Shown: positions 31,817-39,675 of the stretch, piece by piece
How positions within the stretch are numbered: the first letter of the stretch is position 1
Layout: each line of letters begins with the position of its first letter
DNA from: a virus
Taxonomy: Duplodnaviria > Heunggongvirae > Uroviricota > Caudoviricetes
Strand: one strand, 5' to 3'
IMG/VR virus record: IMGVR_UViG_3300042348_001111
Coordinates: 1 to 43,452 of that record
DNA: 43,452 nucleotides
Notes under the pieces: model-generated
Databases searched by the model: none
What the model saw: only the letters and a program-made list of their open reading frames with translations
Told to the model about the DNA's origin: nothing
Made by a program: the position numbers and the translations under genes

Positions 31817-33166
31817 TTAGACACTATAAACAAATTCGGATATCAAACCCTTCTTAGCTTCATGCAGGTGCAATAACGCCGATCGCTTGTTACCTACAAA
31901 CTTGTTGTGATAGTGATAATAGTCTGAGTTTGTCAGTGCAGGTATAATCCTGGAAACAAACCCATTTTCTTCATTTTCAGTCACAAATTCTTTAGTCTTA
32001 CGCCCATGGTAGTGTCCGGTGTAAAGCATGCGATGCTTAGAAGCACCCCACTGCTGAGGATACTCCACAGCATAGACCAATGGGTTATTTTTAGCTGTTA
32101 CGTCCCCATGCTCAAAACAAAGCATGTTGTCCCCGTAAGTAATAACCTTTCGTTCTGCATAATCAATATTGAAGACTGTATTAGGCCACTTTCTAAAAGT
32201 CTGTGAAAGCGCGTGCAACAGGTGAAAGGAAGAAAGACGATCGTGATTTCCTGAGATAAAGACCACCTCAAGATTATCACAAAATTGTTTAACATGAGAA
32301 ATCGTCCATGCCAGCGCATCAAAAGCTTTTAAGTATGCTTCTGTGGCCATTTCTGAGTTTTCAACCGGTGTGCCTTTGGTAGTAGTTCCAGAAAAGGTGT
32401 CCATATTAAGTGTATCAGGACCAATGATCATGATAACCTTTTCCATCGTATAATTTTTAAAACCCTTGGCAACAAGGTAATCAATAGAGTTTTTTAAGAT
32501 ATCACCCATATCACCGTTACCAACCTTGCCAAAATGTAGATCTTGTAAAGAAAGAACCCCGCAAACTTTTTCTGACGACGTAGCGTTAATCCAGAAAGCT
32601 GCGGGGTCAATAGGTTCAAACTGAGGTAGTTTGTATTCTGAGAGCAGTTCTAAGAAGTTATGCTGAACTTGCTCTGCCTGGGGGATTCTGGTCACAAGCG
32701 CTGAAACCAACCACTTGGTACCTTTTTCTTTATTCCAATATTGCGATAACTTCCATTTAGTAGTGTCTATTTTAAGAATCTCAATAATTTCCTCTGCACT
32801 GCGAGGTTCTGTAGCAAAGATGCCAGTAATCTTAGAAGTGCCACTTTCTAAATCCTCATGTACTTCTACCACAGAGTTAGACTTGACTTCAGCTTTATGA
32901 TATCGCATATCACCTGTAATCCCCAACTGCTCCTCCATTTCGTAAAGCTGTTCTTCTACAGAAAGCTCTGATTTAACGCCGGATAGCTTGTTTTGCACCA
33001 TTTTCAACATAATGTCATCCATCTGTTGACCTACATTGTTGACAACAGAAATGATTTCTGCTCTAATCTTTTGGTACTGGCTTAAAGGAATACCCAAGCG
33101 TTCAGCTTCTGTATCAGCTGATCTTTTGCGTTTTAGACTGTTATAGACTGCTTCAATGATGTTCAT
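31817..33166 (-). CDS. Calcineurin-like metallophosphoesterase with N-terminal HTH-like segment (449 aa)
   Basis: Ordered metal-binding motifs DLHFG, GPDTLNMD, GNHD, HGD, GHYH. Confidence 0.85.
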   Translation of the reverse strand: MNIIEAVYNSLKRKRSADTEAERLGIPLSQYQKIRAEIISVVNNVGQQMDDIMLKMVQNKLSGVKSELSVEEQLYEMEEQLGITGDMRYHKAEVKSNSVVEVHEDLESGTSKITGIFATEPRSAEEIIEILKIDTTKWKLSQYWNKEKGTKWLVSALVTRIPQAEQVQHNFLELLSEYKLPQFEPIDPAAFWINATSSEKVCGVLSLQDLHFGKVGNGDMGDILKNSIDYLVAKGFKNYTMEKVIMIIGPDTLNMDTFSGTTTKGTPVENSEMATEAYLKAFDALAWTISHVKQFCDNLEVVFISGNHDRLSSFHLLHALSQTFRKWPNTVFNIDYAERKVITYGDNMLCFEHGDVTAKNNPLVYAVEYPQQWGASKHRMLYTGHYHGRKTKEFVTENEENGFVSRIIPALTNSDYYHYHNKFVGNKRSALLHLHEAKKGLISEFVYSV

Positions 33167-33239
33167 AGAATAGGGTTTAAGTTAGCAAACTTTACAAAAC
33201 TACAGTATTTTTTGTAAAAATAGGTCGTTTTGACATTAT

Positions 33240-33280
33240 CAAAAAAAGAAGACCCCTGGCTTTTGACCAGGGGCTCCTTC
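33240..33280 (-). terminator. Rho-independent terminator ending the fibre/FN3 cluster
   Basis: Minus strand reads GAAGGAG-CCCCTGG-tcaaaag-CCAGGGG-TCTTC followed by a T run of at least 7. Confidence 0.85.
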
Positions 33281-33339
33281 ATCATATTACTGGAAAACCA
33301 ACAAACCAGTGCAATGAATATCTAAATAAAATGTGCAAC

Positions 33340-33585
33340 TTAAGGAGCACACTCAACTTTATAGGCAAGCGCTGGGACTTCAGTAGATTCGTTTGTAGCA
33401 CATATTTTTTTTACCTTAACATCATAACTAGTACCACACACAATTCCTTGAGTAATTACAATTGGAAGAGTAACACTAGCAGGATATGTCTGACAAATCC
33501 ATGTGGGTGATGTATCAGGTTTATGACAAACTTGAAAATCAACTGCACCTGTTCCCTTGGTGAAATTTATATTTAACTGTGGCAT
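33340..33585 (-). CDS. Small FN3-like protein lacking beta-strand A (81 aa)
   Basis: QLNINF (B), DFQVCHK (C), CGTSYDVKVKKIC (E-F, with the FN3 T-x-Y signature); 5 Cys. Confidence 0.6.
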   Translation of the reverse strand: MPQLNINFTKGTGAVDFQVCHKPDTSPTWICQTYPASVTLPIVITQGIVCGTSYDVKVKKICATNESTEVPALAYKVECAP

Positions 33586-33597
33586 ATCGTTTTATGT

Positions 33598-34146
33598 TTA
33601 AGAAACTGTGGCTACAAGATTTGTAACAGCTGCGCAAGCTGGTTGAGCTGGAATGGTAAAAGAACCATTGCATGTCAATGTTTGAGTACAACCTACAGCC
33701 TGAATTGTAGCAGTATACGTATAAGTTGTATCCCATTCAAGATCTCTTGTAAATGTATAAGGACCCGCTGTGTTAACGTTTTCTAAATGTGCACTTACTA
33801 AACCTGGCGCAAAGATTTGGACAGTTGTATATATTACATCTTGTCCACCAATGGCCGGTAACGTAAAAGTCACATCATCTAACGTAATGGAAGTTGTAAT
33901 TGTAGGACACACCAGTTTTGCTGCACAAACATCAGCTCCGTCTGTCGGACCACCAACAGCACACTGTGTAACAATTTGATACAGATAAACCGTATTATTG
34001 ACTGCTGTAGTATCACTGTAACTGCTTGCCGTAGCATTGAGAGTTGCAATTGTAGAAAAACTAGTACTAGAAGTTTTTCTTTGAACAAGCTGGCCTGTAA
34101 CATTTGCACCTGATGCAGGTGTCCAACTAAGATTAATTGTTGCCAT
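33598..34146 (-). CDS. Two-domain FN3-like protein (182 aa): starts at strand B and ends with a spare strand A
   Basis: Likely start MATINLSW at 34146 rather than 34194. Contains NNTVYLYQIVTQC and LEWDTTYTYT FN3 signatures and ends ACAAVTNLVATVS. Confidence 0.7.
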   Translation of the reverse strand: MATINLSWTPASGANVTGQLVQRKTSSTSFSTIATLNATASSYSDTTAVNNTVYLYQIVTQCAVGGPTDGADVCAAKLVCPTITTSITLDDVTFTLPAIGGQDVIYTTVQIFAPGLVSAHLENVNTAGPYTFTRDLEWDTTYTYTATIQAVGCTQTLTCNGSFTIPAQPACAAVTNLVATVS

Positions 34147-34154
34147 TATTAAAA

Positions 34155-34430
34155 TTATTGAGGAGTTGCTGTAAGATTTGTGGCTGCCAAACAACTTGTT
34201 GGAAGTTGTCCATCACAACACTGACATATTTTTGTAGCAAGAAGTTGCAAAATTTGGTTAAAATCCATACCTGTAGTAACATTTATACAGGGAATATTTG
34301 GACCAGTGTATCTTACACAAGGTCCAGTAATTACTTCAGGACACGCTTCACCAACACATGCAGGTGGTAATGGAATATCTACAGGCGGCAGCTGTTGCTG
34401 GCAAGGTTGACAATTTTGATTATTAGACAT
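34155..34430 (-). CDS. Cys-rich adaptor-like protein (91 aa) ending in an FN3 strand A
   Basis: CVRYTGPNIPCINV..LQLLATKIC is paralogous to the N-terminus of the 521-aa gene; ends SCLAATNLTATPQ; 10 Cys. Confidence 0.65.
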   Translation of the reverse strand: MSNNQNCQPCQQQLPPVDIPLPPACVGEACPEVITGPCVRYTGPNIPCINVTTGMDFNQILQLLATKICQCCDGQLPTSCLAATNLTATPQ

Positions 34431-34453
34431 TGTTTATTTATTTACAAAATATG

Positions 34454-36019
34454 TTAACAGGAAGTAACAGATGGGTTTAGTACTACTGATGTAGAACTCA
34501 AAGACACTACACACGAAAATGTTTTTAGTTCTGGAGTACAATGATTACTTGTGCATTCTTTAAAGCGTTCTCCCACATACGTGTATGTGCCAGAAGATTG
34601 ACCTGTAGGAATTATAATTGAAACGTCATCTGTAGCAGGACTTGGGCAATTACCAGTAACAGCAAATCTTAGCACAGCAGTAATTGCAGGACCAGTGTTT
34701 ACAACAACTTGTCCTGTTGCAGGACTATAAAGTGTAATAACAGCTGCACGTTGAGTAGCAGGAAGATTCTCATTATTACAAGGATATGTTATCTGAGCTG
34801 TTGTAGTTTGATCAGCAACACCCAACCTATACAAAATGGAGTTTAATCTAACCGGTCCAATAGCGTAACCATTTTCTGAATTGCCACAAGTGTAAACGGC
34901 ATGTACTTCAGCAATATAAAACTTGGAAGTGTTTCCAACATTTGTAAAAACATGACTTGTTGCTGGATGATTTACTGTAGCTGTTGCAACAGGGCTACCT
35001 ACTTTTGCAATACCATTCCACTCTGTAATTGTAACTACATATGCCATAGGATCTTCATAAGGCCCTGTTAAAGGATGATTCCAAGTAACAGTACACCCTG
35101 TTGAAGTAAGAGTAGTTATTTGTACATTGCTTGGAGCAATAGTTACGCACTCAGTTACTCCGGTTACAATTAAACTTTGCACTGCACAACGCATGTCGCA
35201 AATGGTAAGCCACAGGTTATTGAGAGAATCTGAAACTGTAACCGGTGTTGCAACCCAACCTGGCAAAGCAGACATCAATAATTCTTGATCGCACAACTGA
35301 GACGCTTGGTCAAGATCTGGGCACTCTTTGTTAATAGCAGCTGTTAGTGAAGCAAGACTTCCTAGCAAAGACTGTAATTGACAAAATTTTTGTTCAAAGT
35401 TAGAAAATGCTGTTGCGATCGGAAGTGTAAGACCATACGAAGTACCACTAGCACATTGTGTAGTGACAGTAATTGTAGGAGGTGTAGCTTCACTTAATTC
35501 TTCAAGTGTGTTTTCAACAGTTGTAACTCTTGTGGTTAAAGAGGTAAGCGCTGACTGCACACTTGCAATTGTAGTGAGAATTGTACAAATTCTATCTGCA
35601 AGATATGCACTGTAAGCATTTGGAAGTAACTGAGTTATCTGATCTCCATTTTGCGTAAAGTAAAGACATGCAGGCAATGCTATTGGACTAGCAGGAGAAG
35701 AAGTTGTTGTACCACCACAACAGTTATCTTCAATATTACAAACCTTATTAATCAACTCTTGCAATACTTCCAAAAGTGTATTAGGAGTTTGTGAGCTTTG
35801 ATCAACTATGCATTTGAAATCAAGAGATGTCACATCAATTACACCTATCGTGCTTTCACAAAGCAACTCTGCAAGTTGATGCACAACACTGTCAATAGAA
35901 TCTCCTTGGCAAACATTAATGCAAGGAATGTCTGGACCATTCCAAATAACGCATGTAGATGCCACAGGTATGCATGCATCCTTTGCGTTTATACTAGTAT
36001 TGCTATTAACAGGTATCAT
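34454..36019 (-). CDS. Cys-rich fibre-like protein: N-terminal Cys-rich domain, coiled coil, intact FN3 and C-terminal beta domain (521 aa)
   Basis: 26 Cys by manual count. Heptad segment IASVQSALTSLTTRVTTVENTLEEL. FN3 CVTIAPSNVQITTLTSTGCTVTW..FYIAEVHAVYTC (~34860-35150). Confidence 0.7.
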   Translation of the reverse strand: MIPVNSNTSINAKDACIPVASTCVIWNGPDIPCINVCQGDSIDSVVHQLAELLCESTIGVIDVTSLDFKCIVDQSSQTPNTLLEVLQELINKVCNIEDNCCGGTTTSSPASPIALPACLYFTQNGDQITQLLPNAYSAYLADRICTILTTIASVQSALTSLTTRVTTVENTLEELSEATPPTITVTTQCASGTSYGLTLPIATAFSNFEQKFCQLQSLLGSLASLTAAINKECPDLDQASQLCDQELLMSALPGWVATPVTVSDSLNNLWLTICDMRCAVQSLIVTGVTECVTIAPSNVQITTLTSTGCTVTWNHPLTGPYEDPMAYVVTITEWNGIAKVGSPVATATVNHPATSHVFTNVGNTSKFYIAEVHAVYTCGNSENGYAIGPVRLNSILYRLGVADQTTTAQITYPCNNENLPATQRAAVITLYSPATGQVVVNTGPAITAVLRFAVTGNCPSPATDDVSIIIPTGQSSGTYTYVGERFKECTSNHCTPELKTFSCVVSLSSTSVVLNPSVTSC

Positions 36020-36240
36020 TACAGTGTATTGATTTTTTCTTCAATAGTAGACAACCCACAACAAAAGACTCTATTGCAAGATTTCATTTCTAATGCTCTT
36101 TCATGTATCTCTTTAAGATCACTAAGCATATCAGCACTATACGTCACTTTGCATTTTTTAATGCCGTAACGCTTTTTTTTGTACGCCGTGTAAACAGCAT
36201 CCGCAAATAGTTTATTAATACTGACAGCTGCTGAGTTCAT
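36019..36240 (-). CDS. Small putative structural protein (73 aa)
   Basis: Compact ORF with 1-nt stop/start overlaps on both sides; FADAVYTAYKKKRYGIKKC. Confidence 0.65.
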   Translation of the reverse strand: MNSAAVSINKLFADAVYTAYKKKRYGIKKCKVTYSADMLSDLKEIHERALEMKSCNRVFCCGLSTIEEKINTL

Positions 36241-36416
36241 CAGGATGTTTTCTTAAAAGGATAAAAACTTTGCAACCCATCTAAGGAAGTTTTATTCTCA
36301 ATTTGCTTAAGACCTTGTTCATAGGCTGTAATGCAATTTGAGCATACTTGAGCTCCATTTGACGCGGTCTTTAACTCACAAGAACAGTTAAGTTTACTTT
36401 GACAGTTTGGACACAT
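36240..36416 (-). CDS. Small Cys-rich, probable Zn-binding protein (58 aa), absent from the ORF track
   Basis: Manual translation MCPNCQSKLNCSCELKTASNGAQVCSNCITAYEQGLKQIENKTSLDGLQSFYPFKKTS. It fills the intergenic gap, and its TGA overlaps the next ATG (TGATG). Confidence 0.8.
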   Translation of the reverse strand: MCPNCQSKLNCSCELKTASNGAQVCSNCITAYEQGLKQIENKTSLDGLQSFYPFKKTS

Positions 36417-36430
36417 TTTAGTATTGGTTA

Positions 36431-36994
36431 TTAGTTATGACATGATACACACGCACCTGTCATGTATGATCTTAAAAGTTTTTCAGCATACGCAAGCATT
36501 TCTACACCTTGTTTAGGAGCATGACAATACTCTGCTTTTGCCTTAGCTGCATCAATATACATTTTAATATAACGCAGATCATGAAGTTTTTGATGCTGCT
36601 CTGGACCAGGTTCACAAGGTTCAAGCTGAACCTTACAAATTTCCTGGTGATACATGTTTACAATGTTTGTTGTCCTCAAGTGATAGTATTCTACAAATAC
36701 TTTGTCATTTGGTGAAACACTGTAACGAATTTTGTAAAGACCATCTGGAAGACTCACAGGTGTGTCTGACAAAGGATGTTGTAACCCCAAGTCTATAGCG
36801 TTAAGGTTTTTGACAAAATCAGCTTGTAGATCGGTGTAGTATTTTGGTACCAAAAAACCTGGAAGCCATATGTCCAATCGTGGACAATCTACATCTAGAC
36901 CCTGAGCATACACAGATGCATCCCAGATGCGAAGAATAGTATCACATGCTGTGTCAGGAATGTCTAGCGCAAGTGTGTGTCTGATAGTTGCCAT
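36431..36994 (-). CDS. Conserved crAss-like virion protein, candidate tail hub / fibre-attachment protein (187 aa)
   Basis: LPDGLYKIRYSVSPNDKVFVEYYHLRT is a motif I recognise from crAss-like structural proteins; lies between the auxiliary capsid gene and the fibre genes. Confidence 0.55.
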   Translation of the reverse strand: MATIRHTLALDIPDTACDTILRIWDASVYAQGLDVDCPRLDIWLPGFLVPKYYTDLQADFVKNLNAIDLGLQHPLSDTPVSLPDGLYKIRYSVSPNDKVFVEYYHLRTTNIVNMYHQEICKVQLEPCEPGPEQHQKLHDLRYIKMYIDAAKAKAEYCHAPKQGVEMLAYAEKLLRSYMTGACVSCHN

Positions 36995-37004
36995 AATAAA
37001 ACCT

Positions 37005-37020
37005 CTACATTAGAATTTAC
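37005..37020 (-). promoter_or_regulatory. Candidate phage promoter/operator motif GTAAATTCTAATGTAG (copy 3)
   Basis: Directly downstream of a terminator and 10 nt upstream of the ATG at 36994. Confidence 0.5.
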
Positions 37021-37038
37021 AAAATTTTTAGGGTAAAA

Positions 37039-37082
37039 GCAAAAAAGGAGGGAAGAGAATTGACCCTTCGCCTCCTTTTTGC
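37039..37082 (-). terminator. Rho-independent terminator, possibly bidirectional
   Basis: Minus strand reads GCAAAAAGGAGG-cgaagggtcaattctcttc-CCTCCTTTTTTGC then TTTT; A and T tracts flank the stem. Confidence 0.85.
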
Positions 37083-37103
37083 AATTACAATTGTTTGTAA
37101 GCC

Positions 37104-38468
37104 TTAAAGCTGTACTGCAAGTTGTACGTGATTACCGGCGCTAGTTAGCAAAGCGTTCATGTAAGTCTCAAAAGGAGTGCTCCGAGCAGACACAACAATC
37201 TTTACCAAATACTGGTCAGCATCCATCGTTCCAGATGGGTTGCTCGTGCGAGGTACACTGTGCAAAATGTGATACGCAAAGTAACGAGTACTGCGGCTCA
37301 AATCAGACAATGTGGTGTCATCCAATACTTCACGCATGCGTGGATCAGTTTGGAATGGCTCCTGAGCATAACGCTTAGAAAGAATAAGTTCACGAATCAA
37401 TGTTTCACCAAAACCTTTGCCTTGATATGCAGTCTGCAATTCAGTGACAGTAAAACAAGAAGTTTGACAAGGATCACCTTCAGTGTCTACAACAGCAGCA
37501 TAAATTTGAATAGGCTCAAGTTCATAATGATCCATTGGAGAGAAAGAGCAGTTGCCAAATGTAGTGTCAACATAGGCACCAGTCAAAACCAACATTGCGT
37601 CATTGGTATCAGGAAGAGAAGCACCTGTTTCAAGAGTGTAACTAGAAGTCAAAACTTCCTCGTATACTTTCAAAGCAACAGTATCACCAGCGACTGTAGC
37701 AGCTTTGCTCAAGGTCAGTGTACCACCAGAAACACCAGTAATAAAGGTATTTTGTGGGATACCAGTACCAGTGATCATCTGACCGGCAGCAAGTCCTGCA
37801 GGAGTAGTTCCACCTGAGCCAGATGTAGTGTCAATGGTCAATGTAGTGCTGTTAGTAGTAGCAGCGGCAGCAAAACCTCCAACTTTAAAGTTGAAAACTT
37901 TTGCATTGACAAACTCTTTCATAATGGGAGACTCGTTGATCTGGTCTTTCCACTGAAGCAGTACACCTACAGGATCTGCGTTGTTGTTGCTTGAATCACA
38001 GCAAGGAGTTTTTGCATCAAGCGTCTGATACAAGTTATGAGTCAGAAAACGCAGTGCAGGTGAACCTTTTACGTCAAGACGCAGACGATAGGTGGTGTTA
38101 CAGGCAATACTTGTACAATTAAGAACAGACACACCAAGAACCTCATTGACAGGTGCAGCAGGCTCAGTAACGTAAAAAGCACTGACGTACTTTGGGTTGA
38201 TGCCTTTTGACTTTACAGTCTCTTTGTATCCACCATGGAAAGGACCAATCTTGTCGGTAGTGTGAAAACTACCCTGAGCAAGATAAAAAAGTGGATTGCC
38301 TGAACTACCTGTGTAGGTGGGAGTACCTCCAAGGTTTTGAATTTGGTGGTCAGAAGCTCTGACAACGCCAATTTGGCCAGCAGTCAACGTAAGAGTAGTG
38401 CCGGGAGTAGTGTTGAAACCAGCGGTTCCAACAAGCATTTTTTGAAATGCGTGGGGAAAATAAGCCAT
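37104..38468 (-). CDS. Auxiliary capsid-like structural protein with inserted Thr/Gly-rich beta domain (454 aa)
   Basis: Followed by a strong terminator and has codon usage similar to the capsid gene. Contains TYRLRLDVKGSPALRFL and QGKGFGETLIRELILSKRYAQEPF. Identity inferred from crAss-like synteny. Confidence 0.55.
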   Translation of the reverse strand: MAYFPHAFQKMLVGTAGFNTTPGTTLTLTAGQIGVVRASDHQIQNLGGTPTYTGSSGNPLFYLAQGSFHTTDKIGPFHGGYKETVKSKGINPKYVSAFYVTEPAAPVNEVLGVSVLNCTSIACNTTYRLRLDVKGSPALRFLTHNLYQTLDAKTPCCDSSNNNADPVGVLLQWKDQINESPIMKEFVNAKVFNFKVGGFAAAATTNSTTLTIDTTSGSGGTTPAGLAAGQMITGTGIPQNTFITGVSGGTLTLSKAATVAGDTVALKVYEEVLTSSYTLETGASLPDTNDAMLVLTGAYVDTTFGNCSFSPMDHYELEPIQIYAAVVDTEGDPCQTSCFTVTELQTAYQGKGFGETLIRELILSKRYAQEPFQTDPRMREVLDDTTLSDLSRSTRYFAYHILHSVPRTSNPSGTMDADQYLVKIVVSARSTPFETYMNALLTSAGNHVQLAVQL

Positions 38469-38515
38469 TTTGTTAAAAATTAAGGGTTAAAAGAAAAAAA
38501 GGGTTAAAGGGTTGT

Positions 38516-38959
38516 TTATTGTAAGAACAAGAGTTTATACTTAGTTGAATTGATCAGACTCTTAATTAAATCAAGATCATTTACAATTTCTGAGTAAGGC
38601 ATTACTGTCTGTAACTCATTAACCATTGTATATAGCTCTCTCATATAATTTACACAATCTTCTACAGAATACAAAGACCTTGGTGATTTTTCTGAAGAAC
38701 AATCAAGAAGTATTTCACGTGCGCCTTGAAAACCTTCAGCAATGCTATCAACCATCCCTGGAAGTCCTTCATAAAAAGAACCAAGTGCAGTATGAGCAGC
38801 AAATGAACCAAGTCCAGTAACCTTCAAATGAAGTTTGTGAGTAGATACAGCAGCATTCATCAATTCTGACACAAGAGCTGCAGTTTTTCCCTCCAAACTA
38901 TCAGCAACAGGAGTTGTCATAGGACGTTTAAGTCGGTAAGTACTTAAAGATGTTTCCAT
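38516..38959 (-). CDS. Ferritin/Dps-like four-helix-bundle protein (DUF5856-like), 147 aa
   Basis: THKLHLKVTGLGSFAAHTALGSFYE..VDSIAEGFQG parallels the Dps H-W-x-V-x-G-x2-F-x3-H-x2-L-x3-Y..D-x2-A-E pattern. Confidence 0.7.
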   Translation of the reverse strand: METSLSTYRLKRPMTTPVADSLEGKTAALVSELMNAAVSTHKLHLKVTGLGSFAAHTALGSFYEGLPGMVDSIAEGFQGAREILLDCSSEKSPRSLYSVEDCVNYMRELYTMVNELQTVMPYSEIVNDLDLIKSLINSTKYKLLFLQ

Positions 38960-39657
38960 TAGTTGTTTGTTTGAGCGTTGGTTTTAGTACGTTGGTACTG
39001 ATTAAAAAGTTCTGTGTCACCGGCCAAAATAGAAGCTGCTTCGTCAATGATCATCTCAACAATATCATCTTTAAGTTCTGACTCCACATTTGCAGTAACA
39101 GCACCTGTAGCAGGATTTACACAATTTAGAAAACTTACAGGAGTAGGAAACCTATAGTATGTAAGACGTGGGTTAATCACTTGAAACTCATCATTATGAT
39201 AGATTCTCAAACGATTACCTTGCATCGTTACAAAAGTTTCACCCCAATCTGCACTAGGTTTTCTAAATGGATCTGAAAGCAAAGAACTAACATCTGCAAC
39301 CGCTACCAAATAGCAAGTCATCATAGTATCAGGACAACATTCTGTTCTACTATCAACTACTAACGACTTGAAATGCAAGTAATTAGATGGAAGAGTAGTT
39401 GTTTCAAAATGCAAATTCTGGTTTGTACCAGTCATAGGAAATTCTGTCAAAAGTGTTTGTAAGTCATCTATCAGCATAATGGTAGATTCATCACCTTGTT
39501 TTCTGAGATTGTTACCTTGCAACTGACGTCGCACCCACTCTATCTGAGCCTTATTAAATGCTTCAGCAATCTGCCAACACTCAATGTTGTCATAGTCCAG
39601 AGAAGCAAGCTTGTTCAGCCGCTGCTTAATCTTTATCTGTAATAGATTGTTGTTCAT
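38959..39657 (-). CDS. Tail ring / head-tail connector protein (232 aa)
   Basis: IKQRLNKLAS..EAFNKAQIEW..YYRFPTPV..ELKDDIVEMIIDEAASILAGD matches the crAss-like ring proteins found after the MCP. Confidence 0.7.
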   Translation of the reverse strand: MNNNLLQIKIKQRLNKLASLDYDNIECWQIAEAFNKAQIEWVRRQLQGNNLRKQGDESTIMLIDDLQTLLTEFPMTGTNQNLHFETTTLPSNYLHFKSLVVDSRTECCPDTMMTCYLVAVADVSSLLSDPFRKPSADWGETFVTMQGNRLRIYHNDEFQVINPRLTYYRFPTPVSFLNCVNPATGAVTANVESELKDDIVEMIIDEAASILAGDTELFNQYQRTKTNAQTNN

Positions 39658-39675
39658 TTCTCAGTAGGGCACTGT

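Noticed and set aside
33183-33196. Bacteroidota sigma70 -7 element upstream of the phosphoesterase (GTAAAGTTTGC)
   Set aside because: Spacing is TA-N3-TTTG rather than TA-N2-TTTG, and no clear -33 element was seen.
33586-33600. Stop read-through fusing the 182-aa and 81-aa ORFs (same frame)
   Set aside because: Two in-frame TAA codons (TAA ACA TAA AAC GAT ATG) make read-through implausible.
34147-34194. Programmed -1 frameshift fusing the 91-aa and 182-aa ORFs
   Set aside because: The downstream frame is open across the overlap, but there is no XXXYYYZ slippery site or obvious stimulatory structure, and there is a good ATG at 34146.
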